NCBI RefSeq assembly: GCF_001194135.2
Contig: NC_068990.1
Span: 4,713,973-4,777,972 of the forward strand
Length of the DNA: 64,000 nucleotides
Direction of reading: 5' to 3'
Source: Octopus bimaculoides
Taxonomy: Eukaryota
In this document: positions 63,467-64,000 of the stretch, one piece after another
Layout: each line of letters begins with the position of its first letter
Numbering within the stretch: position 1 is the first letter of the stretch
Notes under the pieces: generated by a model
Seen by the model: the letters and a program-made list of their open reading frames with translations, nothing else
Databases searched by the model: none
Told to the model about the DNA's origin: nothing
Made by a program: the position numbers and the translations under genes

Positions 63467-64000
63467 ATATATGTATATATAAGTATATATATTCATATTC
63501 TAGTGATATTCAACAAGTATTAAAATTAATAATGCATATAAGTAAATAAATAGCTCTTTATGTGCATATATAAGTTATGTAATAACAAGGAAATATTGTG
63601 ATTTGCATATAAATTGTAGAAGTAAATGCTGTGAGTACACAGTTCTCATGTATGATTTTAGAAACTTGAAACAAGAGATACAAAGGGCTCTGTTTATGCA
63701 TATTTGTTTAGATGCACACAACTTTTACTCATAAATGCACCTCTCTCATGTATGTACATATTTGGTACAGCGAGAGGAGAGGGAAGGTGGGAGAGAGATT
63801 ACGAGGAGGAGACTTGTGTTGTGGTTTAAGTGCATTAATATCAAGTTCAGCAGATCTGGAAGGGAAATGAAATCATCCATTTTTGAGTAGAAGCAATGGA
63901 TATTCAGTGAAGTAGTACTGAAGTATTAAAAAATATATGATGTAAGCACTAAATAGGAAAAGTAAAAATACTGAAGATATTAAAAGACTATAGTGATTAG

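Noticed and set aside
1-64000. CRISPR arrays, rRNA genes, operon-like systems
   Set aside because: None seen; the sequence is eukaryotic intronic or repeat DNA.

Overview
AT-rich eukaryotic genomic DNA from a gapped assembly, with 11 N-gaps that nearly all sit at (TA)n, (GA)n or (AAT)n microsatellites. The SINE families resemble those I know from Octopus, so a coleoid cephalopod is my inference. There is no complete gene, and most listed ORFs are microsatellite or gap artefacts. The window looks like the large introns of an unidentified minus-strand gene. The best exon candidates are at 11488-11595 and 61354-61398, with several weaker micro-exon candidates. The introns are filled with tRNA-derived SINEs, Tc1/mariner remnants and MITEs, and RTE, CR1 and REL-endonuclease LINE fragments. 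The most striking feature is six head-to-head fold-back structures in the first 25 kb. Five derive from Penelope-like elements (PLEs) or their terminal repeats. The sixth (17475-18018) is a young palindromic dimer of a tRNA-headed short element. It carries a PLE-type minimal hammerhead ribozyme motif and was inserted as one unit with a 12-bp target-site duplication. Boundaries of old repeats were aligned by eye and are approximate (tens of bp).
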